DNA of 64,000 nucleotides, from assembly GCA_951406725.2 (NCBI GenBank), contig OX597814.1, positions 203,422,001 through 203,486,000 of the forward strand, given 5' to 3'. Under the pieces are notes generated by a model. That model was not told the origin of the DNA. It saw nothing but the letters and a program-made list of their open reading frames with translations, and ran no database searches. The translations under genes and the position numbers were made by a program. The DNA comes from Octopus vulgaris. Lineage: Eukaryota. Below, in pieces: positions 62,765 through 64,000 of this stretch (position 1 is the stretch's first letter; every line of letters starts with the position of its first letter).

Positions 62765-63223
62765 GGTTCGGCAAAAAGAGACCGATAGAATAAGTATTGG
62801 GCTTACAAAGAATAAGTCCCGGGGTCGATTTGCTCGACTAAAGGCGGTGCTCCAGCATGGCCGTAGTCAAATGACTGAAACAAGTAAAAGAGTAAAAGAG
62901 TAAAGAGTAATATAGATAAGCATTAAATGCTTATCTATATTACTCTTTACTCTTTTTGCCGAACCGCTAAGTGACGGGGACGTAAACACACCAGCATCGG
63001 TTGTCAAGCAATGCTAGGGGGACAAACACAGACACACAAACATACACATACATATATACGATGGGCTTCTTTCAGTTTCCGCCTACCAAATCCACTCACA
63101 AGGCATTGGTTGGCCCGAGGCTATAGCAGAAGACACTTGCCCAAGATGCCACGCAGTGGGACTGAACCCGGAACCATGTGGTTGGTTAGCAAGCTACTTA
63201 CCACACAGCCACTCCTGCGCCTA
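62765..63223. mobile_element. Rearranged SINE A: 5' part on the minus strand (62950-63223), 3' part inverted on the plus strand (62765-62910)
   Basis: GGTTCGGCAAAAAGAG occurs in both orientations; a palindrome with 31-bp arms is centred on 62925. Confidence 0.85.
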
Positions 63224-63299
63224 TATTGTCTGAATAGCCAAATACATTGACAGAAAAAATAGAGGGACAAATTGATAAATAGTTAAATAGGTGGGTCAA

Positions 63300-63533
63300 T
63301 AGACAAACAGGCAGGTAGGAAGACAGATAGGCGGACAGACAGACAGACAGACAGACAGACGGATAGACGGACAGACGTACAGACAGACCGACAGACGGAC
63401 AGACGGACAGACAGACAGACAGGCAGACAGACAGATAGACGGACAGACAGGCAGGCAGACAGTACTGACAGACAGTCAGACAAACAGACAGACGTACAGA
63501 CAGACAGACTGACAGGTAGATAGATAGACAGAC

Positions 63534-63596
<63 letters not shown>

Positions 63597-63605
63597 CAGA
63601 TAGAT
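63300..63605. repeat. (GACA)n/(GATA)n microsatellite
   Basis: Directly visible. Confidence 0.95.
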
Positions 63606-63846
63606 TGATGAACTCAAATGAAATTTAAAAAATGAAGATAATCTTGATTGCAAATAACTTGGACTGAACCAGGTAACTCGTAAGTATAATGGGGATGGTG
63701 ATGGTGGTAGTGTTAGGATATTGGTTAAAGGTGGTGGTAAAATGGGGCATTTAAAACTTTTTATAGCGTCCATGATTTTACGCATGCGCTTTAGTACAAT
63801 AAATTATCGTCTGCTCAATCAAAACTTTTATTTTTTTTTATAAAAG

Positions 63847-63897
63847 ATGGACACCAACAGACGACATCAGTGGAACGGGAAGAATAAAAGTTTTAGG
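63847..63897 (+). CDS. Possible first coding exon of a downstream gene (MDTNRRHQWNGKNKSFR)
   Basis: AAGATGG start context, open frame to an AGG|GTAAGA donor, local CpG enrichment and an NRF1-like ACGCATGCGC at 63780-63789. No homology recognised. Confidence 0.3.
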
Positions 63898-64000
63898 GTA
63901 AGATGTTTTTATAGATTTATTTTAATAACCGTATTGAAATTTCTCAAAACTTTACCAACGTACTGTAGCAGAATAATATTATAGATAATGTCTATGGTTT

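Overview
AT-rich, repeat-dense animal genomic DNA. The SINE families and the protein sequence point to an octopus (coleoid cephalopod); this is inferred, not checked. Positions 14-5367 are a 24-bp minisatellite. Positions 12524-40173 (+) hold the 3' part of a SETD2/Set2 H3K36 methyltransferase gene: 18 exons that splice in frame (about 1217 codons to the TGA), covering the end of AWS, SET, post-SET, the autoinhibitory region, SHI, a Tyr/Pro-rich region, WW and SRI. A largely transposon-free 3' UTR runs to about 42.36 kb. The 5' exons lie outside the window. The rest is tRNA-derived SINEs, RTE/CR1 LINE tails, Tc1/mariner relics, hAT and piggyBac-type MITEs, a Helentron-type element and microsatellites, with a possible first exon of the next gene at 63.85 kb. 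Most notable: (1) a candidate acidic 55-codon cassette exon with downstream ACTAAC and TGCATG splicing motifs; (2) apparent loss of the conserved RYG of the post-SET loop, next to a perfect 57-bp intronic hairpin; (3) a head-to-head pair of tRNA-headed elements carrying Penelope-type minimal hammerhead-ribozyme motifs, plus a second hammerhead-like motif in the last intron. All homology calls are by eye from memory; no searches were run.
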